In this document: positions 47,660-59,038 of the stretch, in pieces
Position numbering within the stretch: the stretch's first letter is position 1
How the letters are laid out: every line of letters begins with the position of its first letter
From: Chloroflexota bacterium
Lineage (GTDB): Bacteria > Chloroflexota > Dehalococcoidia > UBA2979
Assembly (NCBI GenBank): GCA_027593235.1
Contig: JAQCIU010000003.1
Span: 77,844-141,843 of the forward strand
DNA: 64,000 bases
Direction of reading: 5' to 3'
Position numbers and translations under genes: made by a program
Notes under the pieces: generated by a model
What the model saw: only the letters and a program-made list of their open reading frames with translations
Databases searched by the model: none
What the model was told of the DNA's origin: nothing

Positions 47660-48166
47660 CTACCCCTGCTGCTTCGCCCACTCGACGAGTTGATCGAGGG
47701 CGGTGCCCCAGCCGTCGTGGAAGCCCATCTCCTTGTGCCGCTGCCGGTCCGCGGGGTTCGCGTGCAGCACGAGGGCGGTGTACTTCGTCCCTGATCCCGC
47801 GGGCTCAATCGAAATGCGTGCGGTGAGGGGGAGGTCCGCGTCGTCGCCGATGTTCGACCCGCTGTTGGGCCGGTAGCCCGGCGCGAGGGCGCTGGTCCAG
47901 GTCAGGCGCTGGCCCGGGACCACTTCGAGATAGCAGCCCTCGTTGCGGTGGTCCTCGCCTTCCGGCGACCGCATGACCGTCACGAACCGGCCGCCCGGGC
48001 GCAGGTCGATCTCGCAGCCGGTGGTTTGCCACGGGCGTGGGGTGAACCACTGCTTGAGCTGTTCCGGCTCGGTCCAGGCGCGCCACACGAGGTCGGGGGA
48101 CACATCGACCACACGCTCGAGGAGCAGGTCGCGCTCGGGGTCGAACTGGTGGGTTGAGTCGGTCAT
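47660..48166 (-). CDS. SRPBCC/AHSA1-family protein
   Basis: VWRAWTEPE..KQWF.P, DLRPGG, MGFHDGWG. Confidence 0.9.
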   Translation of the reverse strand: MTDSTHQFDPERDLLLERVVDVSPDLVWRAWTEPEQLKQWFTPRPWQTTGCEIDLRPGGRFVTVMRSPEGEDHRNEGCYLEVVPGQRLTWTSALAPGYRPNSGSNIGDDADLPLTARISIEPAGSGTKYTALVLHANPADRQRHKEMGFHDGWGTALDQLVEWAKQQG

Positions 48167-48501
48167 CGGTTCTTGTCCTTCATCTTGAGCAGGTGTTCGT
48201 CGAGCCGATCGAGCCGCCGTTCCCAGATCCGCAGTTGCTCCGCCATCCAGTGTTCGGCCGACTCGAGGGGTTGCGGGACGAGCCGGTAGGTCCGCACTCG
48301 TCCCTCTTTTCGCGACGCGACGAGGCCGCAGTCCTCGAGGACGCCGAGGTGCTGGGTGAAGGACGGCAGCGCCATGTCGAACGGTCGTGCGAGTTCGCTG
48401 GTGGTGGCGGAGCCGCCGCCGAGCCGCTCGATGACGGCGCGCCTGGTCGGGTCGGTGAGTGCCTGGAAGACGCGATTGAGTTCGGCGGATTGGTTAGGCA
48501 T
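48163..48501 (-). CDS. ArsR/SmtB family transcriptional regulator
   Basis: FQALTDPTRR, ELARPFDMALPSFTQHLGVLE, KEGRVR. Confidence 0.92.
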   Translation of the reverse strand: MPNQSAELNRVFQALTDPTRRAVIERLGGGSATTSELARPFDMALPSFTQHLGVLEDCGLVASRKEGRVRTYRLVPQPLESAEHWMAEQLRIWERRLDRLDEHLLKMKDKNR

Positions 48502-48537
48502 GTGCCTAACTGTAGGTCTGGATGATACTCAGGTCAA
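48493..48537 (-). promoter_or_regulatory. leaderless sigma70 promoter and operator of ArsR-SRPBCC operon
   Basis: TTGACC-N17-TACAGT-N7-ATG; palindrome GTTAGGCA-TG-TGCCTAAC (48493-48510) covers the start codon. Confidence 0.75.
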
Positions 48538-48824
48538 TACCTAACTATCCGCTCGTTCGAGAGCGCGTGGCGTTCGGCTACGCTTGCCCACTCGTCGCTC
48601 CGGCGGATCGGCGGGAATTTCGAGGGGCGCGTGAGGGAGAGCTGCCGTGTGAGGTCACGATCGTCTTGCGAGTTTGTGACAGATCGCGCAACATACAGAC
48701 CGTTGTTGCCGCCCTCGTCGGCTATGATGTTCGACTCCCCGTGGGCCCACCCCGATCTTTGCCTCACGGACGGAAGAATGGTCTCACCGTGACTCCAGGC
48801 GATCGCCCGTCTCAGACGGGCCGT

Positions 48825-51800
48825 ATGTCCAACGCATTCCCGGAAGCCGGTGGCGTGATGGCGCCCGCGTGGCCGGGGCGCGACGCCTGTGGCACGGGCT
48901 TCGTCGCGAGCATTGAGGGCGTCCGCAGTCACAGCCTGGTGGAGCTGGCGATTCAGGCGGTGGTTTCGCTGACGCACCGCGGCGCGGTGAACGCCGATCC
49001 GCTCACCGGCGACGGCACGGGCATCACGATCGAGATCCCGTTCGAGCTGCTGCGCGAGGATTGCGAGCGCCTGGGTTCGCCGATCGAGGATCGCGACGAC
49101 CTTGGCGTGGCGATGGTGTTCTTGCCGCACGTGGAAGCGGACCGCCCCGCGGCGCGCGCCGCCCTCGAAGAGGAAGTGCAGCGCGTCGGGATCAGCCTGA
49201 TCGGCTGGCGCGAGGTTCCGCACGACCCGGGACAGCTCGGACCGCAGGGCCTCGATACGGTGCCCGGCATCGAGCAGCTGTTGCTGCGCCGCCCGGCTGA
49301 GCTACACGGCCCGGAGTTCGAGCGGCGTCTGTACCTGGCGCGCCGGCGCGCGGAGCGGACGTTCCGCGAGCAACACCTGGACGCCTACGTTGTCTCGATG
49401 TCATCACGCACGGTGGTCTACAAGGGCCTGATGATCGCTCCGCGCTTGCAGGCATTCCTTCCGGATCTGGCGGACGAGCGCGTGCAGTCGCGCACGGCGT
49501 TGTTCCACCAGCGCTACGCCACCAACACGTTGCCCGAGTGGAACATCGCGCAGCCGTTCCGGATGGTCGCCCACAACGGCGAATTCAACACGCTGCTGGG
49601 CAACCGGAACTGGATGACGGCGCGCGAGCCGGATCTGAATTCAGCGATCTGGGGCGAGGATGTCGCCGATCTGACGCCGGTGATCCACCCACTGGGCTCG
49701 GACACCGCCTCGTTCGATGAGGCGCTCGAGTTGCTGGTGATGTCGGGACGGGACCTGCTGCACTCGATGCGCATGTTGATCCCCGAGGCGTGGGAAAACA
49801 TGCCGAACATCCACCCGCACCTGCGGTCGTTCTACGAGTACCACGCGGCGCTGATGGAGCCATGGGACGGTCCGGCCGCCGTGGTGTTCACCAACGGCAG
49901 CACCACCGGCGCGGTGATGGACCGCAACGGGCTGCGCCCGGCGCGATACCAGGTGACCGACGACGGCATGGTGATTATGGGTTCCGAGGTTGGGCTGATC
50001 GACATGCCCGCCCGGACGGTCGTGGAGTCGGGCCGGATCGGGCCTGGGCAGATGATCGCGGTCGACACCGCGCGCAAGACGTTCCTGCACGACCAGGACA
50101 TCGCGCGCGAACTGGTGCAGCGCCGTCCCTACGGCGAGTGGGTGGATCGCCACCTGGTGCACCTGCAGGCGGACGGGCCGCAGGCGCCGGAGATGGAGCC
50201 TTCGCGCGATGTGCTGGCGATGCAGCACCTGCATGGCTACACGCGCGAAGAGGTCGAGTACGTCATCAAGCCGATGGCGCAGGACGGCAAGGAGCCGGTG
50301 GGCTCGATGGGTGATGACACCCCGCTGTCCGCGCTGCAGAACGGCAGCCGGCTGCTCTACACCTACTTCAAGCAGCGCTTCGCGCAGGTGACGAACCCGG
50401 CGATCGATTCGATCCGCGAAGAGATCGTGATGTCGTTGGACACGTACCTGGGGCGTCGCCAGTCGGTGCTCGAGTCAACGCCCGAGGCGGCGCGACTGGT
50501 GCACCTGACGAGCCCGCTGATGCTGGACGAGGAGCTGAAGGCGCTGCGGCGCCTGGATGTCGATCACTTCCGGGTGGCGAACATTCACGCCCGGTTCCGT
50601 GTGGCCGCTGGGCCGGCGGGACTGGAGCAGGCGATCGACAACCTCTGCGCGGCGGCCTCGATGGCGGTCGACGAGGGGGATTCGATCCTCGTGATCAGCG
50701 ACCGGCTGGTCGACGCGGAGTGGGCGCCGGTGCCGATGTTGCTGGCCGTCGGGGCGGTCCATCACCACCTGATGCGCACGGGCCGTCGGATGCGCGCGAG
50801 CATCATCGCGGAGACGGGCGACGCGCGAGACGTGCACCACTTCGCTGCGCTGATCGGATTCGGCGCGAGCGCGATCATTCCATACGTCGCCTTCGACGTG
50901 CTGCGTTCACTGACCCAGGACGGCGCCTTCGGCGACGACACCCTGGAAGAGGTGTTCCGCCGCTACGGACAGGCGGTCGACACCGGCATCCTGAAGATCA
51001 TGTCGAAGATGGGCATCTCCGCCGTCGCGTCGTACCACGGCGGCCAGATCTTCGAGGCGCTGGGCGTTGGCGACGAGGTGATCGCGAAGTGTTTCCCCGG
51101 CACCACGAGCCGCATTGGCGGCGTGGAGTTCGAGGACCTGGCGGCGGACATCATCGAGCGACACGCGCGCGCGTTCCCGGAGGCCGGGGCGCTGCTGCCC
51201 GGTGGCTGGTACAAGTTCCGGCGCGAAGCCGATCACCACGGGCACTCGCCGGACATGTGGCGCGCGCTGCACAAGGCCGTGGCGCCGGACGGCAGCCGCG
51301 AGCAGTACCAGGAATACCTGGCAGTGCTTGAGGCGTCGCCGCCGAGCACGCCCCGCGATCTGCTGGGCATTCGTTCCGATCGCGCCTCGATCGCCGTCGA
51401 CGAGGTTGAGTCGGTCGCCGACATCACGAAGCGGTTCCAGACCGGCGCGATGTCGCTGGGTGCGCTCAGCCCCGAGGCACACGAGGACATCGCGCGCGCG
51501 ATGAACCGCCTCGGTGCCCGCTCCAACACGGGCGAGGGTGGCGAGGACCCGCGCCGCTACCTGCGGGACGGCGACAAGCACGACGCGAACTCGGCAGTGA
51601 AGCAGGTGGCCTCGGGTCGGTTCGGCGTGACGCCGGCGTACCTGGCGGCGGCGGCCGAGCTGGAGATCAAGATCTCGCAGGGCTCCAAGCCTGGCGAGGG
51701 CGGTCAGCTTCCCGGCTTCAAGGTGAACCCGTACATCGCGACGTTGCGGCACGTGATGCCGAACACGCCGCTGATTTCGCCGCCTCCACACCACGACATC

Positions 51801-53360
51801 TACTCGATTGAGGACATCTCTCAGCTCATCTACGACCTGAAGATGGTCAACCCGGAAGCACGTGTCTGCGTGAAGCTGGTGGCCTGCGAGGGCGTCGGCA
51901 CGATCGCGGCGGGTGTCGCGAAGGCGTACGCCGACGTGATCCAGATCAGTGGTGCCGAGGGCGGTACCGGCGCGAGCCCGCTGTCCTCGATCAAATACGC
52001 GGGTATTCCGTGGGAGCTCGGCCTGGCCGAGACCCAGGAGGTGCTGGTCACCAACGGCCTGCGCGGCCGCGTCACGCTGCGCACGGACGGCGGCCTGAAG
52101 CGCGGGCGCGACGTGGTGTTTGCGGCGCTGCTGGGCGCCGAGCAGTACGGCTTCGGCACGACTGCGATGATCGCCGTCGGCTGCAAGATGGCGCGCCAGT
52201 GTCACCTCAACACCTGCCCGGTCGGGGTAGCGACGCAGCGCGAGGATCTGCGCGAGAAGTACTTCGGCACGCCGGAGATGCTGGTCGCGTTCATGACCTA
52301 CGTGGCGGAAGAGGTCCGGGAGCTGCTGGCAGAGCTTGGCTACCGTTCGGTGGACGAGCTGATCGGCCGCGCCGACTTGCTGTACCAACTCGGCCCGGTG
52401 GGCGGGCAGCGCTCCGATAAGATCGATCTGAGCCGCGTGATCACGCCGGTCGACCCGCAACGGACGCAGGCGCACACGGCGCAGATGGTGCGCAATGAGC
52501 GCACCGACGACGTGGTGCTGGACGATCAGATCATCGAGGACGTGCGCGACGCGATCGAGCAGCGGACGCCGGTGCGCAAGCAGTACCCGATCAAGAACAC
52601 CAACCGCAGCGTGGGCGCGCGGCTCTCCGGTCGGATCGCTCGTCGTTACGGCGACGAGGGTTTGCCGTATGGGACGATCGACCTGCACTTCACGGGGAGC
52701 GCCGGGCAGTCCTTCGGCGCCTTCTTGACGCGCGGCGTGCGCCTTCACCTCACCGGCGAGGCGAACGACTACGTGGCGAAGGGGATGAATGGCGGCGACA
52801 TTGTCGTGCGGCCGCACCCGGATATGCCCGCGGTCTCGCACGAGTCCGTGCTGGTGGGCAACACGGTGCTCTACGGCGCGACGGGCGGGAGCCTGTTCAT
52901 CGCGGGCCGCGCCGGTGAGCGTTTCGGGGTGCGAAACTCAGGCGCGCGCGCGGTTGTCGAGGGCATTGGCGACCACGGCTGCGAGTACATGACGGATGGC
53001 GTGGTGGTGATCCTGGGCGAGACCGGGCGCAACTTTGGCGCGGGCATGTCGAACGGCGTCGCGTTCGTGCTGGATGAGCGCGGCGACTTCCGATCGCGCG
53101 TGAACCAGGAACTGGTCGGCCTGGAGCAGGTGACCGGTCCGGAAGACATCGAGCTGTTGGAGGCGCTGATCCGCCGCCACGAGGAGGTGACGGGCTCGAC
53201 CCGCGCTTCCGAGATCATGGCGGACTGGCGGCACTTCCTGCCGATGTTCTGGAAGGTCGCGCCGAAGTTCGCGATTACCGAGGAGGGCGCGATGACGGTC
53301 GTCGAGCGCCACCTGCGGTCGGTGCGGCGGATGCGCGAACGCGCGGCTGGCGCTCGCTAG
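48825..53360 (+). CDS. gltB: glutamate synthase large subunit
   Basis: DACGTGF Ntn-Cys, PWDGPA, GAMSLGALS, NTGEGGE, KQVASGRFGV, CxxxxxCxxxxCP [3Fe-4S] motif, GXGXG C-terminal domain; start uncertain (48789-48858). Confidence 0.97.
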   Translation: MSNAFPEAGGVMAPAWPGRDACGTGFVASIEGVRSHSLVELAIQAVVSLTHRGAVNADPLTGDGTGITIEIPFELLREDCERLGSPIEDRDDLGVAMVFLPHVEADRPAARAALEEEVQRVGISLIGWREVPHDPGQLGPQGLDTVPGIEQLLLRRPAELHGPEFERRLYLARRRAERTFREQHLDAYVVSMSSRTVVYKGLMIAPRLQAFLPDLADERVQSRTALFHQRYATNTLPEWNIAQPFRMVAHNGEFNTLLGNRNWMTAREPDLNSAIWGEDVADLTPVIHPLGSDTASFDEALELLVMSGRDLLHSMRMLIPEAWENMPNIHPHLRSFYEYHAALMEPWDGPAAVVFTNGSTTGAVMDRNGLRPARYQVTDDGMVIMGSEVGLIDMPARTVVESGRIGPGQMIAVDTARKTFLHDQDIARELVQRRPYGEWVDRHLVHLQADGPQAPEMEPSRDVLAMQHLHGYTREEVEYVIKPMAQDGKEPVGSMGDDTPLSALQNGSRLLYTYFKQRFAQVTNPAIDSIREEIVMSLDTYLGRRQSVLESTPEAARLVHLTSPLMLDEELKALRRLDVDHFRVANIHARFRVAAGPAGLEQAIDNLCAAASMAVDEGDSILVISDRLVDAEWAPVPMLLAVGAVHHHLMRTGRRMRASIIAETGDARDVHHFAALIGFGASAIIPYVAFDVLRSLTQDGAFGDDTLEEVFRRYGQAVDTGILKIMSKMGISAVASYHGGQIFEALGVGDEVIAKCFPGTTSRIGGVEFEDLAADIIERHARAFPEAGALLPGGWYKFRREADHHGHSPDMWRALHKAVAPDGSREQYQEYLAVLEASPPSTPRDLLGIRSDRASIAVDEVESVADITKRFQTGAMSLGALSPEAHEDIARAMNRLGARSNTGEGGEDPRRYLRDGDKHDANSAVKQVASGRFGVTPAYLAAAAELEIKISQGSKPGEGGQLPGFKVNPYIATLRHVMPNTPLISPPPHHDIYSIEDISQLIYDLKMVNPEARVCVKLVACEGVGTIAAGVAKAYADVIQISGAEGGTGASPLSSIKYAGIPWELGLAETQEVLVTNGLRGRVTLRTDGGLKRGRDVVFAALLGAEQYGFGTTAMIAVGCKMARQCHLNTCPVGVATQREDLREKYFGTPEMLVAFMTYVAEEVRELLAELGYRSVDELIGRADLLYQLGPVGGQRSDKIDLSRVITPVDPQRTQAHTAQMVRNERTDDVVLDDQIIEDVRDAIEQRTPVRKQYPIKNTNRSVGARLSGRIARRYGDEGLPYGTIDLHFTGSAGQSFGAFLTRGVRLHLTGEANDYVAKGMNGGDIVVRPHPDMPAVSHESVLVGNTVLYGATGGSLFIAGRAGERFGVRNSGARAVVEGIGDHGCEYMTDGVVVILGETGRNFGAGMSNGVAFVLDERGDFRSRVNQELVGLEQVTGPEDIELLEALIRRHEEVTGSTRASEIMADWRHFLPMFWKVAPKFAITEEGAMTVVERHLRSVRRMRERAAGAR

Positions 53361-53389
53361 CTCACACCTCCCGAGGCGACCTCGAGATC

Positions 53390-53420
53390 AGAACGGCCCC
53401 GCCATTGGCGGGGCCGTTCT
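53390..53420. terminator. hairpin between convergent gltB and ABC permease genes
   Basis: AGAACGGCCCCGCC-ATT-GGCGGGGCCGTTCT perfect 14-bp stem. Confidence 0.7.
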
Positions 53421-53444
53421 CGTATGGCCTCGGAAGAGTCGCCG

Positions 53445-56400
53445 CTACTCGTAGCGGAGTGCCTCAGCGACGGAGACGCGGGAGGCACTGCGTGCGGGCA
53501 GCAGGGTCATGATGGCGCTGGCCACGTAGGCGATGCCGACGAAGAGTGCCAGCCGTCCCCAGGGAATGCCGAACTCGATCTCCGCGCCATTGGTGAACTC
53601 GGGCGACGTCAGCAGGTTGTAGGACAGCGCCGCGCCGAGGATCGCGCCCATCGCGACGCCGGTGACGGCGATGAATGACGACTCGAGGAAGAAGGAGATC
53701 GCGACGAGCCGCCTCGTGTATCCGATCGCCCGCAGCATGCCGATCTGCTGGCGTCGTTCGGCGACGGTGCGGAAGGCGATGACGCCGAGGGCAGCGATGC
53801 CGACGATGAGCCCGAGCGACATGAACCCCTGGAAGAGGTTGGAGAATGCGGTCGACTGGCCGGCGGCTTCCTCGACGAGCTGGTTCAGCGACTCGGCCTG
53901 GACGCCCTGCTCCAGGAGGGTGCTCTCGATGCCGCGGGCGAGCGCCAGCGCGGCTTCGTCGGTGCCGTCGGTGGTGTTGACGAAGTAGACCTCACGGAAA
54001 TCGTCCGGAGCCAGACCCGGGACGAGTGACTCGTGGGTGAAGATCGCGAACCATTCAGTGACGACGCCGCTGATGATGACAGAGTCGACGAAGCCGATGA
54101 TCCGGACCTCGCTGACCCCGCCAGTTTCGGCGTTGCGCACGGAGAGCGGGATCGGCTGCCAGGGATTCGCCTGGAGATCGGTGATGGAGCCCTCGACGCT
54201 GAGCGGATCGTCACCGGACTCGAAGTTCTGGGACTGCGTACGGGACAGGATCGTCTCGGTGGCGATGGCGACCGTCGGGTCGTTCGCAAGCGCATCCATG
54301 ACGGCGGCCTGATCGGCGTAGCCGGTGGCGATCGCGCTGAGCGGGAAGTCCGCGGCCTGCAGGAACTCCTGATCGATGCTCGCGACCTGGTAGCCGTGAT
54401 ATTCGTCCGCCGGCTCGTCAATCGGGCGCACATCGAGGAAGCTGAGGCGCTCGGTGCCGACCTGCCGGATGGAGCCGCCGACGTTGTCACCGGCCTCGGT
54501 CAGGGCGGTGCGCAGATCGCCGATGCGGTTGTTCGGGTTAGCGGTGACCTGAACCTCGAAGCCACCCTTGGCGCCTTCGCCAAGGAAGAACTGGGTGAAG
54601 TTGTAGTTCAGCGTGGCCATGACGACGAGGCTGAACATCACGAGCGTGAACATCGCTAGCGCCATGCCGGTGCGGAACTTCGACGCGAGCGGGTAGGAGA
54701 TCGCCGTGCGGATCGCCGGGGCGATCCCACCGAACACGCCTTGCAGGGCGCCGACGCTGCCCAACAACCGATCGGCGTTGAAGACGACGAACAGCGTGCT
54801 GGCGGCGGTGATGCAGATCCCCGAGACAAAGAACATCTCAATGTTGCCCTCGACCGGCTCGTGTCCGAGGCCAATCAGGCCGAAGAGCCCGTTGACGGGG
54901 TCGTTCCAGCCCTTGCCGTCCTCGAAGAAGAGGCTGAAGGGCAGCGGCAGCAGCCAGAACCAGAGGAGGCTGAAGGAGGCGACGGTGAAGACGCGCCGCG
55001 TCCGCCAGCCGAAGTAGACGAGCAGCATCGCGGTGGCGAGCACCATCAGCGTGAAACCGGCCGTGTAGGCGAAGGCTTGCGAGGCGATCCAGCCGCCCCA
55101 CCAGACACCGAGTGAGCCGATCGCGAGCATCACCAGCGCCCAGCCGCCGCTGTTGCGGTTGCGATCCGCCCAGCTCTTCGTCTTGAGCAGGCCGAAGGCG
55201 ATGGGGGACGCGAGCACCGGGAGGAAGGCGACCCACCACACGACGAGGGCGACCGTCTGGGGGCGCGTTCGCGCTCGACCGAAGAGCCTGAGACCGGCGA
55301 TGAAGCCGCCGATCACCAGCGCCGCCCCGATCAACGGGAGGCCGAACTGGGTGAGGCTGAAGATGAAGGCGAAGAACAGCAGCGCCGCCGCGAGGACGGC
55401 AATCGCGATCCAGACGACGTACCAGAGCGCGCCGACGGCGCCCTTCAGCAGGGCGCCGATCGAGGTGTCCTTGCCGCGGAGCGGCTGCGGCTCCGGGATG
55501 TCGCGGATGGCGCGGACGATGTTGAGGTTCGCGGCGCGCCATGACGCGCCGGCAACGGTGAAGAAGGTGATGACGACGCCGAGGAAGTAGGAGACCAGGA
55601 AGCCGGCGATGCCGACGTGGAATCCGATTGAGAACCCGAAGTCGTCGAAGATCGAGCCCATCACCTGGATCAGCCCGTAGGCGACGACGAGGCCGAGCAG
55701 CGCCCCGACGAACGCCGAACCGAGGTTGTAGGTCATGCCCTCGGCGATGAAGGATTCGGTCAGGTGCAGGCGCTTGAGGCCGATGGCGCGCGCCATTCCC
55801 ATCTCGGAGCGGCGTTCGGCGGCGAGCATCACGAAGGTGAGGAAGATCAGCATGATGCCGGCCGCGATGGAGAAGAGGCCGAACACGAGGAAGAAGGTGA
55901 CGAAGAACGATCCGATCAGCTCAGCCTGAGCGACGATCTCGTCCTTGTCGGCGACCGAGGACAGCGGTACGCCCTGGGTCTCGGCCAACGTCTCAAGCGA
56001 GTTACTGATGCCCTCGACAAGGTCGAGCGTGTCGCGGACCGTGCCGCGCGCGGAGATGACGACGAGGTCGACGCGATCGGGCTCCTGGATGATCTCGCGG
56101 ACACGGTCCAGTCGCGCGACGATGCCGCCGGCGGCGTTGCCGTCCGAGGTGAGCGGGGTGGACGCGGTCATTGCGGTATCGCGGACGATGCCCGCGACGT
56201 TGAAGGTGTAGGGGGCATTCTCGACGAAGATCGTGACCTGATCACCTAGGACGAGGTTGATGTCCTCCGCGAGTCGGATCGAGATGTAGGCATCGTCCGG
56301 TCCGAGATCGGCGGCAAGCAGCAACTCGTCGTCAGCGGTGACGAGGCCGTGGAAGCCGTCGGTTGTCGCGTCGACACCGACGAGGAGCGCCTGTGGCTCG

Positions 56401-56846
56401 GAGAGCCGCTGCGCGGCGTTGAGGGCGGGGACGGGTGTCTGGATGACGCCGGTGATCGCATCGACGTCTGCGTTGTCAGCAAACCAATCGCGAACCGCCT
56501 GAACGTCCGAATCGCGGAGGCCGTCACGGCCCTCGGAGGAGCTGAGATCGCGATCGAAGGCGGCGACGATATCGGCTTCGCCGAAGTCGTCGTAGACGGA
56601 GGCGGTGATGGAGTAGGCGACAGTGTCGCCGGTCGCGAAGGCGGCGCTGATGATCAGCGTGGAGAGCATCAGACCGATAACGATCAGCACGGTCTGTGTC
56701 TTACGGCGGACGACGTTGCGGAGGCCCATGCGTACGAGCAGCGGGTTACGCAGGCCGATGAATGTGAGCAGGCCGAGGACGACCGCAACGATCAGGAACA
56801 GGCCGGCGAGGATTGAGGTGAGTTGGACCCCGAAGAGACTATCCAC
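53445..56846 (-). CDS. FtsX/MacB-like ABC exporter permease (duplicated)
   Basis: Two ERR.E/Q.GM.RAIG motifs, two large extracytoplasmic domains, C-terminal AEALRYE. Confidence 0.92.
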   Translation of the reverse strand: MDSLFGVQLTSILAGLFLIVAVVLGLLTFIGLRNPLLVRMGLRNVVRRKTQTVLIVIGLMLSTLIISAAFATGDTVAYSITASVYDDFGEADIVAAFDRDLSSSEGRDGLRDSDVQAVRDWFADNADVDAITGVIQTPVPALNAAQRLSEPQALLVGVDATTDGFHGLVTADDELLLAADLGPDDAYISIRLAEDINLVLGDQVTIFVENAPYTFNVAGIVRDTAMTASTPLTSDGNAAGGIVARLDRVREIIQEPDRVDLVVISARGTVRDTLDLVEGISNSLETLAETQGVPLSSVADKDEIVAQAELIGSFFVTFFLVFGLFSIAAGIMLIFLTFVMLAAERRSEMGMARAIGLKRLHLTESFIAEGMTYNLGSAFVGALLGLVVAYGLIQVMGSIFDDFGFSIGFHVGIAGFLVSYFLGVVITFFTVAGASWRAANLNIVRAIRDIPEPQPLRGKDTSIGALLKGAVGALWYVVWIAIAVLAAALLFFAFIFSLTQFGLPLIGAALVIGGFIAGLRLFGRARTRPQTVALVVWWVAFLPVLASPIAFGLLKTKSWADRNRNSGGWALVMLAIGSLGVWWGGWIASQAFAYTAGFTLMVLATAMLLVYFGWRTRRVFTVASFSLLWFWLLPLPFSLFFEDGKGWNDPVNGLFGLIGLGHEPVEGNIEMFFVSGICITAASTLFVVFNADRLLGSVGALQGVFGGIAPAIRTAISYPLASKFRTGMALAMFTLVMFSLVVMATLNYNFTQFFLGEGAKGGFEVQVTANPNNRIGDLRTALTEAGDNVGGSIRQVGTERLSFLDVRPIDEPADEYHGYQVASIDQEFLQAADFPLSAIATGYADQAAVMDALANDPTVAIATETILSRTQSQNFESGDDPLSVEGSITDLQANPWQPIPLSVRNAETGGVSEVRIIGFVDSVIISGVVTEWFAIFTHESLVPGLAPDDFREVYFVNTTDGTDEAALALARGIESTLLEQGVQAESLNQLVEEAAGQSTAFSNLFQGFMSLGLIVGIAALGVIAFRTVAERRQQIGMLRAIGYTRRLVAISFFLESSFIAVTGVAMGAILGAALSYNLLTSPEFTNGAEIEFGIPWGRLALFVGIAYVASAIMTLLPARSASRVSVAEALRYE

Positions 56847-57540
56847 CGGCGGCCATCACTTCCTCGCGCTCGATGATGCCGTCGACCATGTGGATCGTGC
56901 GGTGACAGCGTGCGGCGATGGCGGGGTCGTGGGTCACGATGACGAAGGTTTGTTGCTGCTCACGGTTGAGCTGCTGCATCAGATCCATAATGTCGCTGGC
57001 GGTCTTGGTATCGAGGTCACCGGTTGGTTCGTCGGCCCAGACGATGGCGGGATCGTTGACGAGTGCGCGGGCGATGGTGGTGCGCTGACGTTGTCCGCCG
57101 GAGAGCTCGGCCGGCTTGTGTGCCTGCCACTGGAGGAGGCCGACCCGCTCGAGTGCGGCGAGCGCGCGAATGCGCGATTGCTTCGGCGAAATGCCGCTTA
57201 CGAGGAGCGGCAGTTCGACGTTCTCGACCGCCGAGAGCACGGGCAGCAGGTTATAGAACTGGAAGATGAAGCCCATGCGACGGGCGCGGTATTCAGTCTT
57301 CGAGTTGTCGTCGAGCGTCGCGAGGTTGGTGCCCTCGATCAGGACGTTGCCATCGGTGGGGTCGTCGATGCCGGAGATGCAGTTGAGGAGGGTGGTCTTG
57401 CCGCAGCCTGAGGGGCCCATGATGGCGACCATCTCGCCCTTGGTGACCGTGAGGTCGACGCCACGGAGCGCGTTTACGAGGACGGCGCCGGTGTCGTAGG
57501 TCTTGACGAGGCCGAGGACCTCAATGATTGGGGAACTCAT
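56839..57540 (-). CDS. ABC transporter ATP-binding protein (LolD-like)
   Basis: [30 protein letters not shown]; start ATG 57540. Confidence 0.95.
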   Translation of the reverse strand: MSSPIIEVLGLVKTYDTGAVLVNALRGVDLTVTKGEMVAIMGPSGCGKTTLLNCISGIDDPTDGNVLIEGTNLATLDDNSKTEYRARRMGFIFQFYNLLPVLSAVENVELPLLVSGISPKQSRIRALAALERVGLLQWQAHKPAELSGGQRQRTTIARALVNDPAIVWADEPTGDLDTKTASDIMDLMQQLNREQQQTFVIVTHDPAIAARCHRTIHMVDGIIEREEVMAAGG

Positions 57541-57792
57541 GGAGTTCTCTTTTCTGTCTTGAGGCACAGTCACCGAACCGTGTGGATGGGGTGCGCCGTG
57601 TGGAGATCGCGGATGCGAGGGTAGGACTCTCGTGAGACTTCGCACAATGAGGTGACCTGATCGCTCACGGCTCTGACATGCGATTTACCCGATCGGCTTC
57701 GCTGGGTGATCGTAGATTGGCTGAGGTGATCGATCGGCGCGTACCCCTCAGGGGTGATTCTCGCGGGACGGCGCGGCAGTGTTGGGGGCGGC

Positions 57793-57960
57793 ATGGCATT
57801 CGGCATCCTGTTGGTACTGCTGGGGGTCGTATTGCTGCTGGATTCGCTGGACCTGATTGAGGGTGTGGGGTTCGGCGAATTGTGGCCGCTGCTGGTGATC
57901 GCGCTGGGCGCGACGATCGTCTTCGAGCGTGTGCGGCGTAGCTGGCGACGGCGTGGCTAG
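57793..57960 (+). CDS. small LiaI/DUF5668-like membrane protein
   Basis: GILLVLLGVVLLLDSL...LWPLLVIALG two-TM pattern. Confidence 0.7.
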   Translation: MAFGILLVLLGVVLLLDSLDLIEGVGFGELWPLLVIALGATIVFERVRRSWRRRG

Positions 57961-57975
57961 CGTCTCTGCCGTTCC

Positions 57976-58563
57976 GTGACTTCTCGATTGCAGGACGTAC
58001 TGCCGCTGACGGTGGGTCTTTATCTGATCGCCGTGGGTGTGGTGTTTGGCCTCGACAGCTTCGGGGTGGTCGACGTCGGTGTGGTGGGGATGGTGGAGGC
58101 GGCGGTTGTCCTGGCGCTGGTGGCGCTGGGGGTGCTGGCGACACTGGCCTGGATCCGGGTGCGGCGGTTCTCCCGCCGGCTGCAACGCTCGTTCGGCCAC
58201 GTGCACTCCGGCGAGGACTGGAGCGTCGAGGACGGCGTGATCCGGACGGCCCTCGGGGACATCCACCTCGACCTGGCGGAGGCCTCGTTGCCGGCGGGGG
58301 ACACGGAGCTGACGCTGCTGTGCTGGCTGGGGACGGTGGAAGTGCGGGTGCCAGCGGACGTGGAGCTGGACGTGACGGCACAGACGTTCGTGGGATCGGT
58401 GGATGTACTGGGGATCCGCGAAGAGGGGTTCATTCGCGACATTCACGTGCGGTCGGTTGGGACGCCCTCGGAGCGCCGCCTGCGGCTGCGGTTGTCGACG
58501 GTGATCGGCGAGTTGCTGGTGGTGCAGGCGGGTGGCCAGCCGGGCGAACGCGTCGCGAGCTAA
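57976..58563 (+). CDS. LiaF-like cell-envelope stress protein
   Basis: Two TM, then LGDIHLDLAEA, LGTVEVRVP, FVGSVDV, VIGEL beta-helix repeats. Confidence 0.8.
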   Translation: MTSRLQDVLPLTVGLYLIAVGVVFGLDSFGVVDVGVVGMVEAAVVLALVALGVLATLAWIRVRRFSRRLQRSFGHVHSGEDWSVEDGVIRTALGDIHLDLAEASLPAGDTELTLLCWLGTVEVRVPADVELDVTAQTFVGSVDVLGIREEGFIRDIHVRSVGTPSERRLRLRLSTVIGELLVVQAGGQPGERVAS

Positions 58564-58633
58564 CGGCACCCCTCTTGACGAGATGCATCAGGTACCTAGA
58601 TATTGGTTGAACTGATACATCGGTATCTAAGGG

Positions 58634-59038
58634 GTGTGTTTGATGGGCATCGAAAGCGCGGATCACTGGGACCTGGCTGTCCGACGAGGCGTGTCGAAGC
58701 TGTTCTTGCTGTCGGCACTCGCGGAGCGGCCGATGCACGGCTACGAGCTGGCGCAAGAGGTCGCGGTGCGATCCGGCGAATGCTGCGCGCCGAGCGACGC
58801 GGCGATCTACCCGACGCTGAAGGAGCTGTCCGAGGGCGGGTACATCAGTTGCGAGGTCGCCTCGACGGGTGGCCGGCAGCGGAACGTGTGCACGCTGACC
58901 GAGAGCGGACGCCAGGTACTGGCGACCGCGGCGGCTTCGTGGGGGCGGGTGATGCCGCACCTGCAGCAGGTGATCGACGACGCCCCGAAGGTCCGAGAGC
59001 CAATCGTGTTTGTCGAGTCCGAGGAGATGGTGCGATGA
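58634..59038 (+). CDS. PadR family transcriptional regulator with vicinal Cys pair
   Basis: PMHGYEL, GECCAPSDAAIYPTL, LTESG; probable start ATG 58643. Confidence 0.9.
   Translation: MCLMGIESADHWDLAVRRGVSKLFLLSALAERPMHGYELAQEVAVRSGECCAPSDAAIYPTLKELSEGGYISCEVASTGGRQRNVCTLTESGRQVLATAAASWGRVMPHLQQVIDDAPKVREPIVFVESEEMVR

Noticed and set aside
48522-48788. Long N-terminal extension of GltB in the ORF track
   Set aside because: Overlaps the divergent ArsR promoter and a likely TATGAT -10 at 48723; similarity begins near the DACG motif
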